Positions 52,010-64,000 of a stretch of DNA of 64,000 nt are shown piece after piece (position 1 is the stretch's first letter; every line of letters begins with the position of its first letter). The notes under the pieces are model-generated. The model saw nothing but the letters and a program-made list of their open reading frames with translations. It made no database searches and was not told where the DNA came from. The stretch is from Malacoraja senta (lineage: Eukaryota): positions 18,104,001 to 18,168,000 of the forward strand of contig CM075982.1 in assembly GCA_038087875.1 (NCBI GenBank), written 5' to 3'. A program made the translations under genes and the position numbers.

Positions 52010-52570
52010 CTAAGGGCAAATCTGAAGTTGGGGATTTTGTGGTGAGCAACAAGATCTCCAATACCTGATGTCTTTCTAACATCTACAAGGCACAAATCAC
52101 AAAGGTGCTGAAATACTATACACTGGCTGAATAAATGCAACTCCAACAATGCTTAAGAAACTTTACACCATAAGAGCATCCAACTGAGACCCTATTTTCG
52201 ACCATGAGCAGTCATTATTTACAGCATTGGTACATCATAGCTTTGTATCATCAACACAATATACTGCAGTCCCTTGCCAAGGCTACTTTGACAGCATTTT
52301 CCCAGTCTGCAATCCCTAGCAACAAGAAGGGAAAAAAATAGGCACTATGGAACACCACTACCTGCGAGTTTCTCTCTAAATTGCACAGCAACTGGCTCAG
52401 TCTTTCATTATCTGTGGATCAGTGTCCTACAATAACCTACGCAAATGCATTGTGTTAACACCTTTACAACCAAAACTGCTGGAGTTCAAGAAAGTTGCTC
52501 ACCACCATGTTCTCAACTGCAAGTAGGGATGGACAGTTGACATTGGCTTTGCCAGTGATATATATCCACC
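52010..52570 (+). mobile_element. Old CR1/L2-like LINE 3' end
   Basis: ccatctacaaggcacaaatca...gagttcaagaaagttgctcaccaccatgttctcaa...tagggatgg. Confidence 0.6.
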
Positions 52571-53569
52571 TATCCCCCAAAAAATTATTAAAACAAAACA
52601 GGGGACCTGGCAACAATTTGTCTAGTTTTGCAATTCACAAAGTAAGTACCAATCACATTCAGCAATTTGGATTTTTATAAGATTCATTTTGTAATGCACA
52701 TAAACATGGAGCTATGAGAAATAATTTCCAGGCCTTTAGCTATCATATCAATGGTTATGTGTGAATTCCAGTGAAACTGTGGGATAAGAGTCCAGAGGAG
52801 TGTTTACAAATGAATTTCACGACTTATCTTCAGCTGAACTGTTGATAATAAACTGTACGGAACAAAAGACCTGTATGTAGTGATGTAATGTAGCATTAAA
52901 ATGCAATGTTCCAAACTGCCACCAAGACACAGAAATGATGCAAGATATTTGTGGCACTCTTCTCTCCACAAACAAGAAACAATCTTAAAGGTTATAACCA
53001 CCAATTAAAAAATGGCACACACACTAATGGATCCATTACATTGCATCAGTCCATCTTTCCCTCTAATTTAAATCAGACTCCAAACAGGTAAACATCGCTC
53101 TATGAGCCACTTCCTACATAAAAAGATAAATGAAGAAATTGTGACAATAGATGAGAGGAGAATGGATTTCTGTACCTATGCTGCAAGATCAATCCGTACT
53201 CAGTTACATGGACCATGTAAACTTCCTATTTTGAAGCATCTTTTATTCAGTTCCTCTCAGTGAAGGGAATGTTTCTTCCTTTGATTTTGCAGCAAAATCG
53301 CTGCTGTATAAACTTTATTTTTAGTTCACGTCTGGCATGACTTCATAAAGAATGTTTATAAAGAATTTATTACTGGTCATAAAAGAATTACTGAGACTTT
53401 CTGAAAGTCACAATATTATAATTCTTTAACTTAGCCAATATTGGAAATAACACTATTATTTGATCTTAAGCTGAGATGGATGTGATAAAAGACATATTTG
53501 AACCTACCAGATCCATGCGTCAATGTACCTGCACTTTGTTTTGAAATTAAATTTGCCTTACATGATCTG

Positions 53570-54810
53570 AGTTAGCATTTGAAATCTGGCATAAATATAC
53601 TATCAAATATGGCATTAATACATTGCTAAACTCAAGAAAATATGGCACCAGCAGTCTACTATATACGACCACACCTGCCACCAATCTTCCTCAACACAAC
53701 CCAACACATCAACACACTGCTCTACATTATCAAACATGGCATGAACGCACTGCTGCACATTACTGAATCTACCATTGATGCACTGCAACACATCAATACT
53801 CTGTCACATATTAATTAGCCTTGCATAACTATACTTATGCACCTCACTAGAAGAGGCAGCAGATCATTATTATACAACACCAGCCAGGCATTCAAAGCAT
53901 TGTCCTGCATTATTAAACAATACATAGTGCACTGCTAATCCTTATCAAACATGGCATCACAATTCTGCTACACACTATGAAAACTGGTGTAAATGCACTG
54001 CTATACAGCACCAATCTGGCACCATTACACTGCCTCGGATCCCCAACCTGACAGGATTCTGTTGCTATATATCACTAAATGTGCTATCAACATATTGATA
54101 AGCACCACCAAAGCTGGGTTCAGCACACTGCCGTACAAAACCAGATCTGGCATCAATGCACAATTGCATTTCATTAAACCTGGTGCCTGCAGTCTGGTAC
54201 CTATTACCAAATCTGGCAACAATACACTGCTACACAACAGCAATGCTGGCATCAGCACTTACCTATACATTTTCAAACCTGGCATCCATACACTACCAGA
54301 TGTATACTGAATCTGGAATGAGTACAAAGCTATACCTAACAAAGCTGGTATAACTTCATTACTACACATCACCAAACTGAGCATTAATTAACATACATAT
54401 CATAAAACAGTGGCAGGAATATATTGCTACTTATAAAAGCAGGCACCAGCAGACAGCTACACATCATCAAACCTGGCACTGACATACTGCTGCACATTAT
54501 CAATACAAGAATCAATGCACTGCCATGCATTATCAAAGTTGGCATCAGCACACTGCTACACATCACTAAACTAGATGTCAGCATGTTGCTCCCCATCACT
54601 AAAGCTGCAATGAGGCCATCCTCAAAGCTACCATAACTACATTGTGACATGTCAACAAAATAGGTATCAGGATAGTGGAACATATCCCCAAACCTGACAT
54701 TAATGCAGTGTTACACATTATCAAACATGACATGAATACACTGCTGCACTTCACAAAAAACTGGCACTAATGAACTGTTCCATCTTGTCAATTACGGCAC
54801 CAGTGATCAC
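53570..54810. repeat. Degenerate 33-bp tandem array, consensus about AAACCTGGCATCAATACACTGCTACACATCACC; resumes at ~55400-55600
   Basis: Consecutive 33-nt units: aaacctggcactgacatactgctgcacattatc / aatacaagaatcaatgcactgccatgcattatc / aaagttggcatcagcacactgctacacatcact / aaactagatgtcagcatgttgctccccatcact. Confidence 0.85.
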
Positions 54811-55034
54811 AATCATCATAAAATTTACAGGGAATGGAAAATGTGATCTAACTATCTCTCCCCCACTCACTCTACAACTTTAACTTCTTTCTCCCTCTGA
54901 CAAAGGGTCTCTGGCATATACTGTACATGAACTCACCACAAATTCTGCCTGATCTGCTTAGCGTTTCCAGCATTTTCCAATTTTTATCTTGCTGCAAATA
55001 TCTGTATCCTCCTCACTCCTTGCCTTCTTCCCTC

Positions 55035-55385
55035 CTCTTCTTTTATTTCATCTGCAAATTTGGCTACAGCACATTCATTTCCTTCCTCTAAATCACTAAC
55101 ATATTTTGCAACCAGCTACAGTCATATCACTGATGCCTGTGGGATCCCACTGGTTACAAGTTATCAACCTATAAATGACAATTCTCTATCAATGCTAATA
55201 TATTACTTTTAGCACCATGAGATCATATCTTGGTAGATAACCTTTTTTTGTGGCACTGCTCCTAATGCCTATTGAATATCCATATAAATTACATTCATTG
55301 GTTCCCCTCCATCCATTCTGGTCTATATTTTCACAAAGGACTCTAATAATTTGTCAAACACAAATTCCCTTTCATAAGGCTACCG
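55035..55385 (-). mobile_element. Old CR1 RT fragment interrupting the 33-bp array
   Basis: tcatctgcaaatttggc...actgatgcctgtgggatcccactggtt (reverse of the GVPQGS motif) and tttgtcaaacacaaattccctttc. Confidence 0.7.
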
Positions 55386-56255
55386 CTAAACAGTGGATTA
55401 TTGTGCATTAAAACACATTGCTACTCATCACCAAATTTGGCATCAGCAGTCTGCTATAAATTACCAAATGTGGCACCATTCTTGCTAGCATCACCAAAAC
55501 TGCAATATCACACCAATTCTGTCAAAAAAAATTACCAAATGAGACACCATTCTTGCTAACATCACCAATACTGTATTAACACACCGTCTATCAAAACACA
55601 TGAACCCTGTCCGACCTTTGAACAGAGGAAACATTAAAGAAATTCATTGGATTTAGTAGCTCAGAAGGTCATCTACTGTGTTTTTTTCCACTTTGACGGT
55701 CACATACTCCAAAAGAAGTCAGTGCTGTTGAGTGATTCAATAAATAAATTGATATCAATTAATTCAAAGCACACAGATATGAGGCCAGATGGTGGGAACC
55801 AAATATCTACAGTCTCTGGTTCTGTCCCCTTATGTATAAGAGACTTACTACATGTGTCTCAAATTAATCAGATACTACAGAGCAGGATAATAATTTTGGA
55901 AATAAATCTATCAAATTTGCATTTTAATGTATTAGTGCTATCTGATTGTTTCATCTCCTCCAAGGGATAGAATGTGTAAATTAAAACTGCTGGACCTTAA
56001 TTGTACAAGAGACTTGGCTGTGCAGACTGCTAAAAAAAAATCTCATGCAATAATGATGGCAGATTTTCAGAGAAACGTGTCTGCTCATAAATCTGTCTCA
56101 GAAAAATTGTTTTGCTTGTCTTGTACCTACAGAATTGCAAGAAATTTATTTAAATTACCATTTTTGTGGGATTCATACCAAGACTAAATGAAATCTGTCA
56201 TGTTATTGGTAACCATTCCCCTGTTTCATCCCAATTGAAAAAGATAAATTCAACC

Positions 56256-56445
56256 ATAGGCACAACATTCTGGAATAACACAGTGGGTCAGGCAACATCT
56301 CTGCAGAAAATGGATAAGTGACGTTTAAGGTTATGAAGGGTCGCCTATCCATTTTCTCCAGAGATGCTGCCTGACCCACTGAGTTACTCCAAAATTTTGT
56401 GTCAATCTTTGGTATAAACCAACATCTGCAGTTACTTTTTGTTAC
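56256..56445. mobile_element. Palindromic Penelope-derived mini-element with 15-bp TSD
   Basis: TSD aagataaattcaacc (56241-56255) and aagagaaattcaacc (56446-56460). Confidence 0.82.
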
Positions 56446-56521
56446 AAGAGAAATTCAACCTACATTTCAAGGGCTAAGACACTGATGCATTGTCAGTTCG
56501 GGAGCTGGTTATTTTGAATCT

Positions 56522-59500
56522 TGTCACACAATCAATCACATTTAGCAGTAGATTCACAGTGGGCTTGTTTACCCAATTGGAAAAGTTGTATACCTCTTAA
56601 TCTATCTGAAGAGGGAGCAGTCTTGAGGTGATGCAAGAGAGGGTGGCAAGAAGCAGTAACAGGGAGAATTTAAAAAATGGTTCAAATGAGCCAATTGACA
56701 GAAGTTACCAGTAAATAGAAAACTGGGGGGATGAGAATGCGAAATGCAAGAAATGGAGATAACATTAATAAAGGGAAATGTTTGGTGGGCATTATGAAGA
56801 TATAAATCTTAAATACAGTAAATGGGGAAAACATAAATGGGAGAAGTTGAGGAGGATGACAGTACTGCAAATAGGTGATTTAAGAAGAGCAGAGAATGAG
56901 AGAAGCAGACGAACATATCATAAGGAAAAAAGAATGAAGAGCATGGAAAAGCGACCTGCCACTTTGAGCTTGCTCTGCCTTTATGAAGAACATAGACACA
57001 AAATGTTGGACAGGCAGCATCTCTGGAGAGAAGGAATGGATGATATTTCAGGTCGAGACCCTTCTTCAGTGCATAATTGATTTTCTATCCAGCTCCATGT
57101 TCCTGCATTATTCCTATATCCCTTGATTTTTTGGCGGAGTAGACTTGATGGGCTGAATGGCCTAATTCTGCACCTATCCCTTATGACCATGTGACCTTAT
57201 GAAGTCTACTCTGCCATTTAATCATGGCTGATCTATCTTTTCCTCTCAACCACATCCTCCTGCCTTCTCCCCATAACCCCTGAAACCCTTACGAATCAAG
57301 AATCTGTCAATCTCCGCTTTAAAAATATCCAGCTCTTGATAAAGAGCTGTGACCTTCCCCGCTCTTTATCAAAAAGACCCTCATGACCTTTCATGCCCAC
57401 CTGAGGGGGCAAGTGAAACCTTGACTTAACATCTCAATTGAAATATGGATCCTCCATCAGTTATAGAGGTATGGTGCCATATAGCACAGAGACAGGACCT
57501 TCAGCCCACCATGCCCTTGCCAACTATCAAGTACCCATCTTTACTAGTCCCACTTACCAGCACTTGGTCCATATCCTTCTAAGCCTTGGTGTTTCAAATA
57601 CTCACCCTGATAGTTATTACTGGTAAGTGTTTAGTTTAGAGATACAGTGCGGAAACAGTTCCCTTCGGCCCAATGTCCACTCTGATCAGCGATCCCCGCA
57701 CACTTACACTATCCTACACACACTAAGGACAATTTTACATTCATACCAAGCCAATTAACCTACAAACCGCTACGTCTTTGGAGTGCAGGAGGAAACCAAA
57801 GATCTCGAAGAAGACCTAAGCAGGTCACGTGGAGAACGGACAAACTCCATACAGACAAGCACCCATAGTCAGGATCGAACCCAGGTCCCTGGCGCTGTAA
57901 GGAAGTAGCTCTACCACTATGCCACCGTGCCACCCCTATGTTATGAGAGTGCCAGATTCCACCAGTTAGATTGGGACTGTTGGGACTCAGGTTATTTTTT
58001 AGAACTGCCTAAGAAATTGGCCAGAAGAATGAAAACAATTACTGCATTACAGGGTTATGTTGAGGGAGAGAGAAATGTAGGATGTATTTTGGAGCCAGCA
58101 TGACTTATGTTTCCATATCTTGGATTTATAAATGTGGTCTACTTGACCAGATGCAACAAGAAGGTGAATCAAAAATGATGTTACACAGTGACTTAGATAA
58201 ACAAACAAATAATGAAATATTAGATTTCACAAGGCTAGAATACTTCATTGGAGAAGTAAACAAATCACATGAATTCGTGGATTCAAGTTCCAAGAGATAA
58301 AACAGAGAGTTCAGGCAGAAAAAAACATATCCATCATTTTTCATTGTCTCTGTTAGATCTTCCTGCCATATTAATTGAGGTCAGTTTCTACTCTAGCAAA
58401 ACTCAGCAGGAAAGGCACATCAATTGGTAGATTTTGGATTATTTCAACTTCAAGCATCGATTTTCCAATCTAAATTATACTGGAGTAACCAACCATTTCC
58501 TTTCCTTCTCTGCTGACAAAGTGAAATGAGATGCACTTATGCACCATTTGCGGCTGCACTTTTCCAATTTTGCAAATCATAGAGCTTGATTACGAGCTAC
58601 TAAAACAGATTTACTAGTCAACTGGCCTTCCATGAAAACAATATATCACATTAAAGAGCATGCTTTTAAAATATCTTTTGTTTCTTTTCATGCTCCTTCA
58701 CAGCACAGGTTGAATGTGAAAATGATTAATCTCAACATCCATTGCATTTATGGATATTGACACTGACATTATTTGCATTGATGCAGAGCTTGGCTACCCA
58801 ATCTGAGCCTGGCAGAGACAGACCACGCATCAGATTTGGGTAGGGTTGGGTGTGAACGCTGACAGAATGTTCAGCTTCAGGTCAGATGCAACCCACCAAC
58901 CAGGTCTTTTGCCTGATAGAATGAGAAACTGAAGCAACCATGTGTATCTCTTTCTTGCCTGCTCTGTCACAGTAAAATCATGGCTAGTCTTTTAAAACTG
59001 TGCCACATCCCTGCACTAACTTCAATAAATGTTGGTCTCTGTTTTCACTGTCACACAATCAATCACAGTTAGCAGTAGATTCACAGTGGGCTTGTTTACC
59101 CAATTGGAAACATTGTATACCTCTTAATCTATCTGAAGAGGGAGCAGTCTTGAGGTGATGCAAGAGAGGGTGGCAAGAAGCAGCAACTGGGAGAATTAAA
59201 AAAAATGGTTCAAATGAGCCAAATGACAGAAGTTACTAGTAAATGGAAAACTGGGGGAAAGAGAATGTGAAATGCAAGAAATTGAGATAACCTTAATAAA
59301 GGGAAATGTTTGGTGGGCATTATGAAGATATAAATCTTAATTACAGTAAATGGGGAAAACATAAATGGGAGAAGTTGAGGAGGATGACAGTACCGTAAAT
59401 AGGTGATTTAAGAAGAGCAGAGAATGAGAGAAACAGACGAACATATCATAAGGAAAAAAGGATGAAGAGCATGGAAAAGCTACCTGCCACTTTGAGCTTG

Positions 59501-61259
59501 CTCTGCCTTTATCAAGAACATTGACACAAAATGCTGGAGTAACTCAGCAGGACAGGCAGCATCTCTGGAGAGAAGGAATGGATGATATTTCAGGTCGAGA
59601 CCCTTCTTCAGTGCAGAATTGATTTTCTATCCAGCTCCATGTTCCTGCATTATTCCTATATCCCTTGATTTCTTTAACAACCAGAAAACCTTTTGATCTT
59701 TGTTTTGAATGAAATCAGTCACTGTCACCAGAGCCTCAAGGGTAGAGAAATCCAAAAATACATCACCCTCCACTTGAAATAGTTTTTCTTGACTAAATCC
59801 TCAAGAACCTACTCCTTATTTTGACATTGTAATCCCCAGTTCTAGACTCAGTGGTGTGTAATCCCAAGTTCCAGACTTCTCAGGCAGGGGAAACATTCTC
59901 CTATCATCTACCCTGTGGGGCCTGTAAGAATTTTGAAAGATTCAACAAGATCACTTCTTATTCTTTTAAACTCTAGAAAATACAGATCTTCACAATAAAT
60001 TTTCTTATGGCTTACCCCCTACCATAGAGACCATTCACATAGAGAATTTCACTGTGCCTTGTCGCATGTGACATTAAAGTATTCCATTCCATTCCATTCT
60101 TGTGAATCTTTGTTGAAATACCCCTAGAGCAAGTGTTTCTTTTATAAATTAATGAGACCAAAACTTTACACAAACACTCTCATACACGGACATCTCATCC
60201 CCAATGAACATCAACATTTCCCAATTTGTTAACATTTGAAAATATTCTGGTTTTTTCTACAATGACTTCACATTTTTCTTCATTATATTCTCTCTGCCAG
60301 GTTCATAACTTCATAAGTTCTAGGAGCTGAAATTGGCCATTCGGCCCATCAAGAGATCATTCTTGATTGACCATTCTCAACTAATCCTTGATTAGTACAG
60401 GTGTCAGAGGTTATGGGGAGAAGGCAGGAGAATGGGATTAGGAGGGAGAGATAGATCAGCCATGATTGAATGGCGGAGTAGACTTGATGGGCTGAATGGC
60501 CTAATTCTGCTCCTATCCCTTATGACCATGTGACCTTATGAAGAACTTTTCATTGTCTCTGTTAGATCTTCCTGCCATATTAATTGAGGTCAGTTTCTAC
60601 TCTAGCAAAACTCAGCAGGAAAGGCACATCAATTGGTAGATTTTGGATTATTTCAACTTCAAGCATCGATTTTCCAATCTAAATTATACTGGAGTAACCA
60701 ACCATTTCCTTTCCTTCTCTGCTGACAATGAGAAATGAGATGCACTTATGCACCATTTGCAGCTGCACTTTTCCAATTTTGCAAATCATAGAGCTTGATT
60801 ATGAGCTACTAAAACAGATTTATTAGTCAACTGGCATTCCATGAAAACAATATATCACATTAAAGAGCATGCTTTTAAAATATCTTTTGTTTCTTTTCCT
60901 GCTCCTTCACAGCACAGGTTGAATGTGAAAATGATTCATCTCAACATCCATTGCATTTATGGATATTGACACTGACATTATTTGCATTGATGCAGAGCTT
61001 GGCTACCCAATCTGAGCCTGGCAGAGACAGACCACGCATCAGATTTGGGTAGGGTTGGGTGTGAACGCTGACAAAATGTTCAGCTTCAGGTCAGATGCAA
61101 CCCACCAACCAGGTCTTTTGCCTGATAGAATGAGAAACTGAAGCAACCATGTGTATCTCTTTCTCGCCTGCTCTGTCACAGTAAAATCATGGCTAGTCTT
61201 TTAAAACTGTGCCACATCCCTGCACTAACTTCAATAAATGTTGGTCTCTGTTTTCACTG
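56522..61259 (+). repeat. Tandem segmental duplication (copy 1 ~56522-59050, copy 2 ~59049-61259)
   Basis: 56522-57129 matches 59049-59671; 57132-57204 matches 60471-60543; 58338-59050 matches 60547-61259. Each pair is near-identical with scattered substitutions. Confidence 0.95.
57630..57935 (-). mobile_element. tRNA-derived HE1-type V-SINE
   Basis: Reverse strand: gggtggcacggtggcatagtggtagagctacttccttacagcgccagggacctgggttcgatcctgac...ggtttcctcctgcactccaaagacg...ctctaaactaaac. Confidence 0.88.
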
Positions 61260-61269
61260 AAAACAATAT

Positions 61270-62010
61270 TCATATTTTAGTTCTGAATTGCCAACACTTT
61301 ACTTTGAAACTGCAAAAGATATTCACCATGAACCTGTCTTCATTGATGGTTTGGCTGTGGAGAGAGTGAACAATTTCAACTTTCTGGATGTACATGCCTT
61401 TGAAGGTCTGTCCTATGCCCAACACATTGATGCAATCATAAAGAAAGCCCATTGGCACATCTATTTCCTAAGAAGACTGAGGTGGTTCAGTGTGTCAACA
61501 AACATTCTCTTGAATATCTATAGGTGCACAGTAGAGTGTATATTAATTAGTTATATCATGGCATGGTTCAGTAACTTGAACTTCTAGGAAGGAAGGAGAT
61601 TACTAATGTGGTGGACACCGCCCGGTTCATCACTGGTATTGAATACCCCACATAGAAGGGATCTTTAGGAGGCGACGCCTCAAAAAGGCAGCACAATGGC
61701 CACACTTTCATTGCATTCCTTTCTGTCCAGAAGAAGGAACAGGAGCATGAAAACCATGACCATCAAGTTCAGGAATAGCTTCTCCCCAACAACCATCAAG
61801 CTCTTGAACACTACACAACACTAACCAATGAACTATGGACTGTCTTTAGTTGCACTAAGGACTTTGTGATTCTTTTGGTACAAGAACTGGTATTATTGAT
61901 TAAGATTGTTTTTGTTATTATATATTATCCATGTGTATTGTGTCATTGGTCCGTTAAGCTGCTGAATATCATTGTTCCATATGGCAATTAAAAACTCCTG
62001 ATTCTCTTGA
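61270..62010 (+). mobile_element. Rex1/Babar-type LINE 3' end
   Basis: PVFIDGLAVERVNNFNFL...KKAHWHIYFLRRLR...YRCTVECIL; same family as 2135-3890. Confidence 0.88.
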
Positions 62011-62185
62011 CGTGACTTATTGTTGCAAATGATACGCAAACTGACAGAGATCAAAAGTATTAGCCTGGAAGGCTCCTGAGGATAAGAAGCTGAGAGTGAC
62101 TATGACAGTAACCCTTATGGGTAAAGTTATATTTTAAATCATGGGATCGGACATCTCAGTGAGATATAAAGAATGTAGTTTGAGT

Positions 62186-62342
62186 CGAAGGTAGACACAA
62201 AATGCTGGAGTAACTCAGCGGGACAGGCAGCATCTCTGGAGAGAAGAATGTCATGAAGAAGATGCTGCGTGTCCCACTGAGTTACTCCAGCATGTTGTGT
62301 CTATCTTTGATTTAAACCAGCATCTGCAGTTCTTTCCAACAC
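62186..62342. mobile_element. Palindromic Penelope-derived mini-element with 14-bp TSD
   Basis: TSD aatgtagtttgagt (62172-62185) and aatgtaatttgagt (62343-62356). Confidence 0.82.
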
Positions 62343-63079
62343 AATGTAATTTGAGTGGCAGTCCTTTCAAAAATAAAATCTAATGGGGAAACGGCATCTT
62401 AAACATTTGCCAGTACTGTGAGTTAATATAACTTCAGATTCTTTTCAGTGTGGTAAGGTTGAAAATCATTTTTTAGTAGATTTAGTGTTAGTACATTTGG
62501 GTTGTTTAATTCTGCCAAAATTCCGATCTGGATCTGTATGCAAATTTACTCACCTCTGGTTTGAACTGAATATTTTTTACTAAATCTCAACGGCACGACT
62601 TTTTTTTTCTGGAACTGAGTAAATTAACTTCTCAGTCTCAAACTTTCAGGCTTTGAATGTAAAGTTGACTTGGGGAAAGCTTCTTAATAGTCAAACCTCT
62701 CAGGATTGGTACTGAATCTCATTGTCATTTATCTGTTTTGATTTTTATGAAATGCGTGCTGTCTGAGCAATGACTGCAGGGGCCGCAGTTGAGTTTGGAA
62801 GTTGGAGAACAGAAGAGGGAGTGTAATTAATCTACATAAAGTGCTATGACTCCCATCGCCATTTAGGTTAATGATCTACTGATGTTAATGTAATTTTCTT
62901 GCTCAGATCTAACCACCTGAAACTGGTTCCATGAATGACTAATGACCTTGATCTGATTATATTTAAAAATAAATATTGCACCTGTAATTTGATCTGCTAA
63001 TGTGGAAGGTACTATATTAATCAAAAGAGTGAAGAATGTTTCATTGTCACATTCACTGGGACCAATACAACATTTATTA

Positions 63080-64000
63080 ATGGATCCCTCACCTGCGTCT
63101 CTTCTGTGTCCTTAGTTCTGCTCTCCCCCTAGACGCAACAACGATAGAGTTCCCCTGGTCCTCACCTTCCACCCCACCAGACTCCGCATCCAACACATCA
63201 TCCTGTGACATTTCCATCACCTCCAACGCGATCCCACCACTAGTCACATCTTCCCATCTCCACCTTTTTAACCTTCTGCGAAGACCGCTCCCTCAACATT
63301 TCTTTGGTTCACTCATTCCTTCCCTCCCAAACCACTCACTCCTCAGGCACTTTCCTCTACAACTGCAAGAGATGTAACACCTATCCTTAAACCTCCTCCT
63401 TCACCTCCATTTAGGGACCCCTGCCGTCCTTCCAGGTGAGACAGAGCTTCACATGCACCTCCTCTAACCACATTTACTGCATTTGATGTTCCAAATGTGG
63501 GCTCCTGTACATTGGCGAGATCAAGCATAGACTTGGTGACCGCTTTGCCGAACACTTGCGCTTGCTCCACCAATGCCTACCGAATCTCCAGGTTGTTAAC
63601 TATTTTAACTCCCCTCCCCAACCCCATACTGACCTTTCTGTCCAGGGCTTCCTACATTGCCAAAGTGAGGCCACACGCACACTGGAGGAAGAGCACCTCA
63701 TATTCTGCCTCGGTAGTTTATAATCCAATGGCATGAACATTGAATTTTCCAATTTTAAGAAACTCCCACTGTCACCCCTCCCCCCTCCCTTCCCCCCCTC
63801 TCCTGCTCTTCCCTCCCCCTCTCCTCTCACCCCCATCCCTTGAAACCTGGCTGACCTCGCTCTGGATTTCCCCCTCCCCCTCCATCTGTACCATTTACAA
63901 TGGACACACAATTCACAACTTTTCTACCCCTCAGTGTAACAATTCACAACTCTTTATCCTCTCGGGCCCACACCCGTCTCCTCATCTCTGGTCTTTATCC
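63080..64000 (+). mobile_element. Penelope-like element 3' part (GIY-YIG), running off the window edge
   Basis: VPLVLTFHPTRLRIQHII..., CSKCGLLYIGEIKHRLGDRFAEHL...LEEEHLIFCLG, then a C-rich UTR. Confidence 0.92.

Noticed and set aside
53570-54810. CRISPR-like array
   Set aside because: The context is eukaryotic, and the units are degenerate along their whole length with no repeat-spacer alternation.

Overview
Vertebrate genomic DNA, almost certainly from a cartilaginous fish (skate/ray-type repeat landscape: CR1 and Rex1/Babar LINEs, Penelope-like elements, HE1-type V-SINEs). The window is mostly intronic sequence of one minus-strand gene, which I identify as SRRM3, a neural microexon splicing regulator paralogous to SRRM4/nSR100. 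Six intact coding exons (81, 30, 69, 51, 108 and 220 nt, spanning 32351 to 7957) splice in frame into a K/R/S-rich protein matching the middle of SRRM3. I found neither the N-terminal cwf21 exons nor the C-terminal eMIC exons, so they probably lie outside the window. Main observations: (1) the SRRM3 'SDSGSRKKRKH' exon has lost its acceptor AG and gained a frameshift; (2) a 237-bp PIF/Harbinger-type MITE sits inside the 5' splice site of the 30-nt exon, changing GTAAGT to GTAAAG; (3) many Penelope-derived, often palindromic mini-elements carry a minimal hammerhead-ribozyme motif and 14-16-bp target-site duplications (TSDs); (4) a tandem duplication whose copies carry reciprocal deletions; (5) a highly diverged but register-conserving 33-bp tandem array. 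Exon numbers follow my recollection of the human gene. Repeat boundaries are approximate (tens of bp).
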